A stretch of DNA of 64,000 nt, taken from Chrysomallon squamiferum. Taxonomy: Eukaryota; Animalia; Mollusca. Below the pieces are notes generated by a model that ran no database searches, had not been told where the DNA came from, and worked only from the letters and a program-made list of their open reading frames with translations. The stretch is taken from NCBI GenBank assembly GCA_012295275.1, contig CM022674.1:10168001-10232000 (forward strand), given 5' to 3'. Positions 44,760 through 57,314 of the stretch are shown here, one piece after another; within the stretch, counting starts at the first letter, position 1; each line of letters opens with the position of its first letter. The translations under genes were made by a program, and so were the position numbers.

Positions 44760-47700
44760 GAGTCAAAAACAGAGATTATTATTTTTTTTAAATAACCTTT
44801 TCATCTCTCATCTGATACATTCATTTTATATATTCATGAATTAAACAAAAGAAAACAAAAAATTTCAGAAAAATAATAATTAGAAAAGCAAAAAAAAAGT
44901 ATAAAAAGTATTATTTACTTCAAATTCATCCCAGAATCCACCTTTTGCTGTTGAGTTAACCTGAGATCCTTTCTCTGATTGTAGTTGCCGTATACGATTG
45001 TCAATGCCTGATGCTGTAATCCTTGTTGCATTCACTGGCTACAAAACAATTGTGCAATGAACAATGGTTTCTTTTAGGAAATATGATAAAGATTAAATAA
45101 CACACTGTTTCATTTATCAAATTGTACAAAAAATAAACTGTACAGAATGAAATATTAATAAATGTACTTTTTTATAGCAACTTCTTCCAACAGTTTAAAA
45201 TATATAAAAATCTTTTTTTCATATATAAATTTTGTTTTGTTTCTTGTGCTTTATAAATATACTTTCGAAAAAGAAAAAAAAATTGTTTTTGTTTGAATAA
45301 TGCATCCCCAAAAATACAGATATAAATAAAGTGTCCAAAAAAAGAAATACATAAAGGCCATGGTTTCAAGTGTAATTATCAGTAAATATTAATAAGTGTA
45401 CTTTTTATAGCAACTTCTTCCAACAGTTAAAAATATATAAAAATATTTTGTTTTATATGTAAATTTTCTGTTTTGTTTCTTTTTGTGTTTTATAAATATA
45501 CTTTCGAAAAACAAAAAAAAATCTTGTTTCAAACAGGAAAGAAAAAATATTACTGTTTTTGTTTGAATAATGCACCCCCCAAAATACAGATATAAATACA
45601 GTGTCCAAAAAAAGAAATACATAAATGCCATGGTTTCAAGTGTAATTAACAGTAAAGAAACATAAAAGTAGACATTTCAAATATAACGAATGAAAAAGAT
45701 AAAAATTCTCACTGTTTTCAAATGTACAACAGTTCCAGTTGTCTCAACCATTGGGTTCTTTTTGTAATGTTCAACCAGGTCAGACAAAGTTTCGAATTTT
45801 TCACCACCTCCCACATCAAGTTTACCTTCCTGCAAAACAGAACATACCAGATGATTTGATTCAAACATTTCATATCAAGCAACAGTTACTTATCTCAATC
45901 CCCTTATTTTCAGAAAAGAATTGAAACAGGATCCATAGTGTGAGAATCCAGTGCTTATAATTATCAAATGTCTTGTTAATATCACATAATTACTAATATT
46001 ATTTTTCTGTCATTTTTTTTTTTTTTTTTTTTTTTTTTTTCAGCTAAAAAATTTATTGACATTAAACATGTTTTAAAAATGATAAAATAAAGATGAAGTT
46101 AAAACTTACATGACACCGGACTTTAACGTGTGTGACTTTATCATCGCATCTGACTGACAGTACGAAATCACCAGGTTTACTTTGACTTTCTCTGACTAGA
46201 TAACTTCCATTCTTTGCCTTCTCCATCAAACATTTCTCTGCCTCTTTCCCTGATATATGTCCATGAAACCATCTAAAAGAAATATAGTAAATCTTTATTT
46301 TTATTTTTAAAGTTAAGCATAATTTTCTGTAAATCATGATTACAAAACAACTGTATCAAAGGACTGATGAAAATTTAATATTTAATATAACTGTATAAAA
46401 ATTAAAATACCTCTCAGGTGTTGGGTCAGCTGAGGTCACAGGGTATTTAAGTTCAATGACTTCTCCATTCTTCTCTTTCAGTTGACTCATGTTTTCCATG
46501 TAGTGCTGTACCAACTCAGCCAGAGTGGCAAACTTCTCCCCTCCATACAGATCATAGAAATCACCAGTATTCTGTATCTTAATGTGTGTCACTTCACCAT
46601 TTCGCCTTCACAAAATAACACTCATAATTATTAATTTACTTCAGTTACTTTACTTGCACTATCTTCTTTTTAAACAAATTAAAGGTACTTTTAAAAAATT
46701 ATATATTTTTAAACTTTCTCTTTTAGAGTAATAAGCATTTAAATTTAGTGGTACCCTGACACTCTATATATAATAAAACATGAATCAAATGTTTTGGATG
46801 AATAATGTAAACTTTTGGAAAGCCTAAATCTAATAAACCATTTGAGCAAATGATTTAAAATATGTAAAGTTTCATTTCATATCCAAGGAACAGTAGTTTC
46901 ATAGAAACAGATTTATAATGAACTGTATATTGTTAAGATTAACTTTTGAAAGTCTACCTGCTCTGGCCATCAACAGAACAGTTTCATGAATTTAATAATT
47001 TTCTAAATCTCATGTAACATGCTGGGTGAAATGAATTCCGAATGTATAAATTTATGTCTGTACCTGACAGAGAGTGTGAAATCCCCCTCCTTGCTTCTGC
47101 TGGGTCTCGCCAGGAAACTTCCATCAGTACCCCGTTCATTGAGCAGAATTTCAGCATCCACACCTGATATGTTTGGATGGAACCATCTGAAACAGTTTAC
47201 TATATATCAGCAACCAGTTGTTACATACATGTAAAAAAGAAAACACCCAAAAGCTAAATAGTGGAAATATAATCTGTACGATCTGCATGGCACTACATAT
47301 GTCACTAAAGGTATTTAATTTAGATATATGTTAGAAATTCATATAGTCGAATGTTAAGTGTTAATCTACTCCGAGACACTATCTAATTATCTCTCATAAA
47401 TGACTAATCATAATATAATTTTAGTTGTGCACAGCTTGAGTTAGAAATCCACAAAATTATTAACACACACACACATTTAAATGAGGAATAAACAAGTGGA
47501 AATAAAAATTCAAATTTAAGGACCCCAAAAATTATAATACAGAATTTAGAAATGTTATACAAGTTTCATTGTATGTAATTTCAAGTTGAACATCTTCATT
47601 AAAAATTTATAAAGAGAGCATTTGACTATTTTAACATATTCTTTAGTATGTGTTGGCTTGTAATACAAAATAAATTTTGCCTCAAGACATAATTCTGCAG

Positions 47701-48856
47701 TGATGTCGCAGTCTGATTCATAGTTCTTTAATCTATGCTTGAGCTTACTTTATGTGGTAATTTGTCTTAACAAATAAATCATATTGAGTGTAACTGAACT
47801 ATATAAACAGTTCACAGTATTATCACATTCTTAAATTCCTTTTGTGCATTAAAAAACAAAAACTATAAATGGAAAACACTAAGATGTGAATTTAAATCAT
47901 GAAAAGCAATTGTATATAAACATAATAAAGAAGCAAATGTTCAATTTATACAGCTAACTAAATAACTATATAGTGTTAATAAAACCTACTATTTCCAATG
48001 AAATACATGCATTGCTCCCAGAGTATATATGGCCTTGGCTCTGCCTTAGATTTGATTATTTTACTTTTTTGGAAAACCAATTAAAGATAATTCAAACTGA
48101 TTCTTTTTTAGAAAGAATTTTAATTTACAGAATTATACATCAAAGCCAAAAATGAATTAAAATGGAACCATTTCTAAAGATGATTAATCTATAAATGATG
48201 GGTAATTACTCAGCCTGACCAAAAATATATAATTTTTACACTGGTGACTATGTAATACTGCAAGCTTTGTATCCTGACTTTCCTGACAATTCACTAGAGA
48301 ATATATATCAAACATATATTTTTATAAAAGACCACCTAAATCCATGAAAACTGGTTGAGCAAAATAAACAAAATTAATATTAATATTAATTAATGAATTA
48401 TTGTAAAATTAATTTAATTTTATTAAACTCTAAATATTGTTACATAAAATTATATTATTAATTATTGTGTTATTGGTATTCTTACAATACAATATAAAAA
48501 TGATTGAATACTTTATTATCCTTTGCCAAATTAATAAACTTTTTCAAATTTTATATTATTGTAAAATTATCATTGAATTGATGTAGATCTTCCAGTTCAA
48601 GCAACTTAACCTCCTCGGCGTCCACGAATTTGAATACATTGCAAAGTTGATTATAGTATCTCTTTTACTGCACATATTTTCCATACACGTAATATATATA
48701 TACTTCACTTTTAGTTTACTCCTTAAAGCATTGCGCCAAATGTAGTCTTAATTTAACTCTCAAAGAGTTAAAATTTAAGTGAAGAATTAGAAAACCCTTC
48801 GATAGTTTTACAATTATCTTTAATATATTTATTTAATATTACCTTCGGGATGACAT
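41427..48856 (-). CDS. PTPN11: SH2-domain tyrosine phosphatase SHP2/corkscrew (~603 aa)
   Basis: 14 phase-consistent exons: 48856-48843, 47186-47064, 46605-46411, 46272-46110, 45829-45713, 45038-44919, 44584-44488, 44347-44268, 43917-43771, 43420-43265, 42913-42759, 42462-42395, 42256-41956, 41502-41427. Features: [13 protein letters not shown], two SH2 domains, [32 protein letters not shown] and tail tyrosines EYTNI and IYQNI. Confidence 0.97.
45150..45657 (+). repeat. Tandem duplication (two ~240-270 bp copies) in PTPN11 intron 5
   Basis: Both copies begin aatattaataa.tgtactttt..atagcaacttcttccaacagtt and end ccatggtttcaagtgtaatta.cagtaaa. Confidence 0.9.
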
Positions 48857-48981
48857 TGCAATTGCTCTTGACACTTCTAAAACTCAGAATAAAGATCTGC
48901 AAATTTATCTCTTTGTTATTGCTCTTCGCGATACGTCAAAAATAAAATCATTTTAATAAAATGCTCTACAAAAATGCAAGA

Positions 48982-49058
48982 CGGAAGTGAGAGTACCATT
49001 ACTTCCGGGAATGGATAGGTTGGGTCTAGACAAGCTATACTGCAAACCGACAGCCAAT
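48982..49058 (-). promoter_or_regulatory. PTPN11 proximal housekeeping-type promoter
   Basis: Two oppositely oriented ETS sites (CGGAAGT 48982-48988, ACTTCCGG 49001-49008) and a CCAAT at 49054-49058, about 130-200 bp upstream of the ATG. Confidence 0.55.
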
Positions 49059-49756
49059 CAACTTAGCGCTAGAACACGGTTCAGTGCAGTAATGGTCAGT
49101 AATGAACGTGTCAAGATAACAGTTTTCCTTCATATTACTTTTCGTGTTTTCGTGTTTGTAGTCATTACAAACTAAGAATTACTTGGTTATTGCAAAATAC
49201 ATACTTAAGACAAATTGTTTGAAATGTATGCATTGATCCCAGAATTACAATTCTAATTAAATACTATCATACAGGAAATATAAATAGGTAAATTAAATAA
49301 TTAATAATAAAAGTATCTTAATTGGTTTTCTGTATTAGGAGAGGATATTTTATTTACCCATTCCTCTGTTATTTGTGAAATCAATTTTGAAGAACCAGTA
49401 GGTTAGAGCAGGAAATAGCCTTTTGCAATCGCACCCACCCCACCCCACCACTAATAAATTTGTTATGTTGTTTTTGGTTATTTATTATTTTATAATATAT
49501 TTAATTGCTAAGAATTCTGTTGAAGTTATTGGCATAAATTAACATATTTACATGAACAACAATCTTGGTAAATTACATATTTTAAAGAATATATTGTACT
49601 GCTTAACATTCTTACTTTTATTATTTTTATTTATTTTGTATTTATATTATTTATTTTATTTTATTATTGTTGTTGTTATTGTAGCATAATCATATGTATG
49701 TGTGTGTGTTTCTGTGTGTTAATGGACATGTAGAAACTATGTGTGTATGAGACAAA

Positions 49757-49866
49757 GGTGGGCGTAAAACGTCAAACACGTGCTTACTAAAAGTAACAAC
49801 TGAAAAATCGTCTGATACCTTGACATGCACGTCATTTTTATCGAATGTTACGTTTTACGCTCGCAT
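49757..49866. mobile_element. Short inverted-repeat element (MITE remnant)
   Basis: Inverted pair gggcgtaaaacgt ... acgttttacgctc about 100 bp apart. Confidence 0.5.
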
Positions 49867-50072
49867 TAGTACATTTTAAATAACTATAAATTAACTTCTT
49901 AAGTGAAAGCACTTGAGATTTATAAATTGTAATATTAACCAAAGGCAATGTAACTGTTATCGGGTGCAGGTAAATAAATTCAAAATCACCTGAAGCAATG
50001 AAACATATTATAGGTCCTTAATCAATCAACAGATTACTACCCTGAAGGTATAAATCAAAGGTGATTTCCTAC

Positions 50073-50086
50073 CTTGCTGTCGCCAT
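50073..50086 (-). CDS. PTPN11: Candidate alternative first coding exon of PTPN11 (MATAR-)
   Basis: gataATGGCGACAGCAAG|gtagga gives 14 coding nt in phase 2, the same length and phase as the canonical ATGTCATCCCGAAG|gt exon. An upstream TATA-like element lies at 50291-50298. Confidence 0.55.
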
Positions 50087-52115
50087 TATCGCTTGAATTT
50101 CTTTCGTGATATATAAATCCAATAAATAGCTGTGTTTTATTGTTACTTTTTATTTTTACTTCTTGCCTTCCTGAGGAAGTATAACGCGAGTTTCAAACAG
50201 CAGTGTTTAAGTTTTGTCCACTTGTGTGTTTAGCACGACCCAGATGACGAACAAAGTTTGGCCGTAGTTTACGAGTTTTAGTCTTCCTTGTATATATAGG
50301 TTACACGACAAATGATAATACACATTGCGCTTAGATTGTGTAGGTCACAGGATGTCGGCGGTACAGGGGAAAGGGGGGAGATTCAGTATGTCACATATCA
50401 GAGGTCATCGTTGTCAGTGTGACTGTCTATTCAGTGAGGGTGTGTGATTGGCATGGATTTGCATTTAAATAAAATAAGTTACTGGGACAAGATGCTGTGA
50501 GAAGCAACTAGGCATCTTGACTATATTAATGAGTCTAAACCTCTTTTTTGTTCTATTTAATAAGTTACTTATTATTATTTGTTTTTATTATATTATTAAA
50601 ATATTAAATATATGGATTATCTCTCACTATCTTATTGTATATATTTATTTATATTCCACATGGACAAACATAAACACACATTAATAAATTATATTATTAT
50701 TAATATTACTATCATCAAAATTATTATTTTCAGTTGTAGGCATTAATATTTTAACAAGTTCTCATTCAGTGTAACACATTTACATTTAAAAATAAAGTTT
50801 GAACACACAAACACACACACACACACACACACAAACAAAACAGACGATATATGTGTGGGTTCTAAGTAAAATCATTACAAGGAAGCAATGCAGTTAGCTC
50901 AGTGTCGTTGTAGATATCATATTCCTTGCTGTTTTTTTCCCTTGAACTGAGATCGGGAATGTATCTCCTGATCGGATTACGATTTGCATTATTTTCGTTC
51001 ATTATTATTTAAATCCCTCAGAGGACACTAGTGTGTTGGCTTTGTATAAGAACAAGGAAGTAAAAAGAATTAACAACAACAAAAAGACATTTAATTTGCC
51101 CTTGATGTAATAGATATAGATTTTAAAAACTAACTAAATAAAATGAAATTGTATTCCTTAGGTCAGAATCTTTTTTTTCTACTTATTTTTATTTAGTTAT
51201 TTTTTTAAAAGTGTTTTATACTTTTGGAGAGGAAAAAAGTGTTTTGTAACTTAAAATATTTTCGTCTGCCAACACGCACTGAGTTACCAGATTGTATAGT
51301 AATATATTTAGCTTGATCCGTTGATGCGTATAAATATGTATGTTTGTGTGGACTTAATCAAACTTTCTTCTTTTTCTTCTTCTTTTTTCTTTGTAAAATA
51401 ACTGAGACTATAAACGTAAATGAATATCTCAAATCAACTTTAGTCTATATGTTTGTATTTTTAAAGTACGAGAAGACCTATATTTTTTTCGTCATAATAA
51501 ATTTCATAATTTATTAAATATATCAAATGGATTTTTATTTTTCACAACATTATAATACAAGTAGCTATACAATTAAATATATTAAGTTACAATTCAATTT
51601 TGTTTTATGTGTATATTGTTTGTTTTTTTTTTGTTTTTTTTTTGTCGTAATAAATCAGATTAATCTGCTCTTTATTAATTAAATATATTGAAAGGGGGTA
51701 TTTTGTTTATTTGTGCTTGTCCTGCCAAGCAGCAGTTTAATATATAAAATTTACAGATATAGCTGTAGAGAAGTTGCATAAAGTTATGTTAGGAAAAGAT
51801 GATAATAAAATAAATCAACGTTAACGTTAGAGGTATTTTAATCATATTAGCCGAATACGATTTTGGCAGTGATTACATGTATTTCTTAGACATATTCATG
51901 CTCGGACTTTTTTTTTGTTAAACTGAAGCAGAACTTTTGATTTTAACAGGTTTAAGAACAAGAAGCAGTACCAGATTAGAGATCCCGGCTTACAGATATT
52001 GTGACACATCCAGTAATATTTATGTTCAACTGCCTAAAGGAAAGTTAAAGAAAAATAATATATATTTATTAGAAGGCTAAGAACAATTAAGACTCTTATC
52101 ATTTACTATGCATGG

Positions 52116-52159
<44 letters not shown>

Positions 52160-52184
52160 ACAATATGTATCTCAAGCATGCTAT

Positions 52185-52330
52185 AATGTAACTCATGTTT
52201 ACTGTAATTCAGTTATACTACATGTAACTCATATATACTGTGTGTAGTTCATATACACTATATGTAACTCACGTATACCACATATAACTGATGTATACTA
52301 TATGTAACTCATAAATACCAAATGTAACTG
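52185..52330 (+). repeat. Degenerate ~20-bp minisatellite
   Basis: Recurrent unit resembling tatgtaactcatatatacta, roughly 7-8 copies. Confidence 0.8.
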
Positions 52331-52717
52331 AATCAAGCTACTATTTAGCTAATTCATTACTTGAATTTACTTACGTTCGTGGAACTAATTGAAAGGACAA
52401 AGAAAGAACGAATACGCGAACCTAACGTTGACCCTAACGACTGCACTGAGTGGGTGAGGCTCACATTAATAGCAGACCCTATCAAACATACCGTGGACTT
52501 TCCAGAATAACTGTATATAAATATAGACAGACACACAGACAGATAGATAGATAGACAGACATACATATATAACACTATCCTCTACATGTAGACACACCAC
52601 AGAATAAACACACGCACGCACACAATTACATAACTAATAAGGTAATCTTGAAAGAGTAGTCCCTACATCTGAACTCCGAGATTATCATAAATAAAAATTA
52701 AATTAGAAACTAACAAA

Positions 52718-52750
<33 letters not shown>

Positions 52751-53410
52751 AACCATAAATGTAATTAGTAACTCTCTTGCCTTGCAGCACTTATTTTAAT
52801 GTTTTTTCTTTCTTTTTTTCAAAATTCGTATTCTTTCTTTCTTTCCTTTTTTTCTAATGTTACTTTTCTTTCTTTTTGCTTTTCTTACAGGTAAGCCTTA
52901 TTTTACATTTTAGATCTCGCCCATCTTAGCAATGGTTTTACTAAAAATTAACGATTTTTTGTTTTATTGGTAATGCACATATAAAATATAGCAACCCATT
53001 TTTGCTTATCTGATCAAATCTCCAGTTTTTATTGCATCACGGGTGTTATTTATTCGGTGTTTTAAAGTGTAATTAAAACAAAGAACTTTTTTCGTTAATC
53101 ACCGGTAAATGAGTTGCAGATAAAAAAACTAACCCGAGTATTATCAGGTGGAAAACATCTTAAACTACTACCATAATCAGGAAAACTCAGTTGATTTGGT
53201 AATCTAATCTGTGATAAGGCAGTTTTATAATCATCGCATTTTTATATATGAAACTGCAGGTTAAAAAAAGAAATATATATACCAAATGTGAGAATAGTTG
53301 AAAAAAAGCCCTTGCTAATAAAGGGGTCTATCTGAACTATAAATTTACATGGATGCTCAAGTCAGTAGAAAGGAAATAAAGTACTGAAAAAAAAAAAAAA
53401 AAAGAATAAA

Positions 53411-56400
53411 ATGGCAGACAAGCAGTTAGACTCTAAGCTGGAATCTGCCACCATGGCTGGTGATGAATCAGCTGGAATTTCTGACATTCAACCTGACAAA
53501 GAACTTTTTCCAGGAGTTAAAAATGTCGATGAATTTTCACAAGTAAATATTTTTTCTTTTTAAACCACTGCAGCGGTTAGCATTAACCGTTAACTTGTTT
53601 TAACTGTTTATTTTTTAACTCAAAGGGAGGTAAGTAGGAAGTTGTTTAGAAAAAGCACATGTATTTATCTATTATGATCAAGTAATTTTTTTTTTTTTTA
53701 AATGTTTATAATAATAAGAAGAGGTTCACGACGAATTTTACCAACACATGACTTTTACCGCCAGTTATTTTGTTTTATTCTGTTGTTTATTTTTGTTTTA
53801 GACTTTTGGTGGCAGAAATACAAAGTAGCCGAAAAAATTATAAATATACAATAATTATCGCTAAGGGGAAATCTTTCAGTACAATCAAATAATGTGAATT
53901 AGAAATCAGTCTGAATTTTGAGACTGTATAGCAGATAAACATACTGTAACTCTAAGCCTAACCTAAATCCTCATTCCAACTCCATCCCCAACCCTAAATG
54001 CAGTACCAAATCATGGCAAATGTTGCAATGAAAAGAAAATTGTTGGAACAACTTTATATAAAAGAAAATAATATATTTCATGTTAGAAGTGCTGTAATGT
54101 TTAGAACTCTTGCCTAGTTTTTAGTATAAATAGTAAATATGTTTTTCATGATTTACATTTTAAATTACTTTTTATTATTTTAATTGTTTTCAGCAAGCTC
54201 TTAAGTCAGTTCTTGTTGCTACTAGATGTTCTAATGGTCTACCAACAGGAGATGATTTTGACTTCTATTCGACTTTTCATTCAGTCCGTGAGGTTCTTGA
54301 TGTTCAGGGCAGCCAGATCCTGCAACTGTAAGTATGAGTTAGTCAACTATTTAAGTTTAGTTTAACTTTATGTTATCCTGGTAATGGAAATTAAAAACCA
54401 AAATAAACTGTCAAAAGAAATAATTTATAATCATACATAACAAAACCCACCCAATCATACACAATTTTTTTTATTATTATTATTTTTTTTTTCAGTATAC
54501 AGAGATTGTTGAAACAACAGAATGTTAAAGCTAAGTTTTCAGAAAGTGCAAATGCAGTGGAACTTGAAGACAAATTTGATGTCCTTATTGATGCAAATGA
54601 CCAGCTTCTGGAACGAGTTGTAATTAGTTTATTATCTCTTTCTGAAATGTAACTTTTTGCAATAAAATAAGGTGTAGGCTGTGGTTCTTTGTTCAAGTGC
54701 TTTGCATATCAGTCCTATTTGACATTTCTCATTTTACTGTAATCCAGTTGATCATAATATCTTTAGTCTGTAAGAGAGGTTATAGTATTTAGAAAATGGA
54801 TGTAAATGTCTAATGTTGATAACATTTCTTTTGCAAAATATTTATGCTGTTAATACATAAATTTAATCTTTAAAATGTACTTGAATTTATTTTATTAATT
54901 TTCAGTTTTGCATTTAAATCATAATAATTTGTTTCAGTATTTAACTAAAATAATAATAATAATAAAAAATTGTAGTTAAGAATTTGTTAAGTTAAGTTTG
55001 TGGTGAAGCTTAACATTTTTGCCAGATGTGAATATAAATGACGTGATTTACTTTTTTCAATATTAAGGGTGTGTGTCTGGATGAAGCAGCAGGTCTGAGA
55101 AAATCTGATGCTAAACTAGTTGTTTCATCTTCAGTTCATCAGAAGAACAGTGATGCAAGTTGGAATAAAAAAGTAAGGTGTGAGACCAGTCAGTGAAATG
55201 TCCTCAGTCTATTTTGAGATTGCTTTTTAAATATAAATGATTATTGTTTTTGTACATATGTAAATATATTTATCAAGTAAAGTTGTTAAAAATCTGATTT
55301 TATAATGTTCCTTGTAAGCAACATTTCTAAAACATAGTATTTAAAAAATTATTGTTTGTGACCACCAGAAGGTACCTTAATGTATTTGCAAAAAAGTAAT
55401 AATTTTTTTGTTTTTAACTGATTTTTTGCTGTTTAGAAAACACAGTTTTCCCCAAACACATTCCGCCTGCTATCCGCTCGAAATGTACAGCGTCCACAGT
55501 TCAAGTTTCAAGACAAGATAGATAACTCTAATAAACCTTTTCAACCAAAACTTGGAGTAAAGCCAAATGCGTTACTTCCTCTTGAAGGTAACTTTAATGC
55601 ACATTTTTTTTTTTTAGACTCACTGTTTTAATCTGACATATTGAGATAAATTAGGAACATAAATATTAATATACCTGAAAAGTATTTTAATTCAGTGTAG
55701 ACATGTAGGAGAAATGGAATGAAAAGTTTATATTTCTAGTCATGTTACTTTTTGTTGTTGTTGGTTTTTTAATAATGTTTTAATGAATAATATTTTTTCT
55801 GGTTTTAAAGAGCCTATAGATTTGTTTGTAGATATAAATAAACAGCATTTGATTATTTGCTGTTAAACAGAATACTGTTTTTGATTATCTTTTGTTTATT
55901 TTATATTTTGTTTAGATAGTTTGAGAATTCCAGAGGGGGTCAGTTTCGAAGATTTGGAAAATCCAGACTTCAAGTTAATATTATGTTTATTCTTTTCAGT
56001 TTATAGAGTACATAATAGTTCAGGATGGGATATTTATACTGAATAAATAAATATATGGTATACATAGCTTACATAATGATTCCGTGCAAAGATGAAAAGA
56101 TAATGTGTTACTTTTGAGTGTTGTTGAAGGAAGGATAAGTAAAATTTGATAACGAATGTTTAGGGCTAATATTTAACTTATTTGTTTATGTTTAAATAGC
56201 TTTAAATTTTGTTTGTAGAATATCTAATTATTTATTGTGATTTATTTTAATTGCATGTGAATTAATGTGTATGTGAATTTAAATTCTTCTAATCATATAT
56301 TGTGTAAAAAACATTCTTCTACAGATTTCCACATCCATATCAGTATGAACTTGATCATTTTACACCAACCCAAGAACAGCTTGCTACCCCTGAAGTAAAG

Positions 56401-57281
56401 GTAATTTATGACATCAGGAATTTATTTATTCAAGAAATAAATCAGATTTGTATAATGTGGTCAAATTATATATAGTAACCTCACACATACTTAAACAGCT
56501 CTACTGAACTGAACAGAAAAAATGAATGTGCTAATCAGAGCAAGCTGTTGTGAAGCACATCTACGACGGGCACGCTTTCTGTCGCAGAAAAGAGTTTTGG
56601 GTAAGGATAGAGAGTGGGTTCTCATTACGATTGCAGGACTGAAGGGAGAGGCCAGCATATCGGATCATAACGAGTTGGTTCCAATGTTTCATAGACGTTA
56701 TCTGCTCCTTGTTGTTTCAGGCACTTGTCTAGCTCGTTGAAGGTCTCCTATACATCATAGGGTCCGTGTTGGTTGTGTCCTGTTTGTTTGTTCGGTTCTT
56801 GGCTGCTGTTGATGTTTCCTTGTTCTTTTTGGCCTCTTCTTTCTGGTCCAACAATTCAAACTTTTTTTCTTTTTTTTTTAGCCAATGGTCTTTTTATTGA
56901 TTTAAAAGATGCTATAAACACCTGCAACTAAAAAGAATAAGAACATGAATGTAGTTAACTTATTTACATTTTATTTTATTTTATTTTATTTGGCCAAATG
57001 TCTTTTTATTTATTTAAAAGATGCTATAAACACCTGCAGCTAAAAATGAGAACATAAACATTGTTAACTTATTTATATTTATTATGTACATTTGGAAAAA
57101 AAACACCAAAACCCCTATAACCGGGTTAGTATGGTCTGAAAGTAAGTACTTATAGTACGTATAGTTTTGTTTTTAATTGTTAATTTAATTGGCTATTCAA
57201 ATTGATCCGTCAATCAGCCCATCCATCCATAGATCCATCTGTAAGTCAATAAATTCATTCAATTGTTGTTTGTTTTTGTGT

Positions 57282-57314
<33 letters not shown>

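Noticed and set aside
52340-52515. Exon-like segment open on both strands between PTPN11 and EXOSC10
   Set aside because: No ATG in a frame compatible with PTPN11 exon 2, no partner exons and no recognisable protein; at most a non-coding exon.
53955-54000. CCTAA/CCCTAA-like repeats suggesting an interstitial telomere
   Set aside because: Too short and too degenerate.
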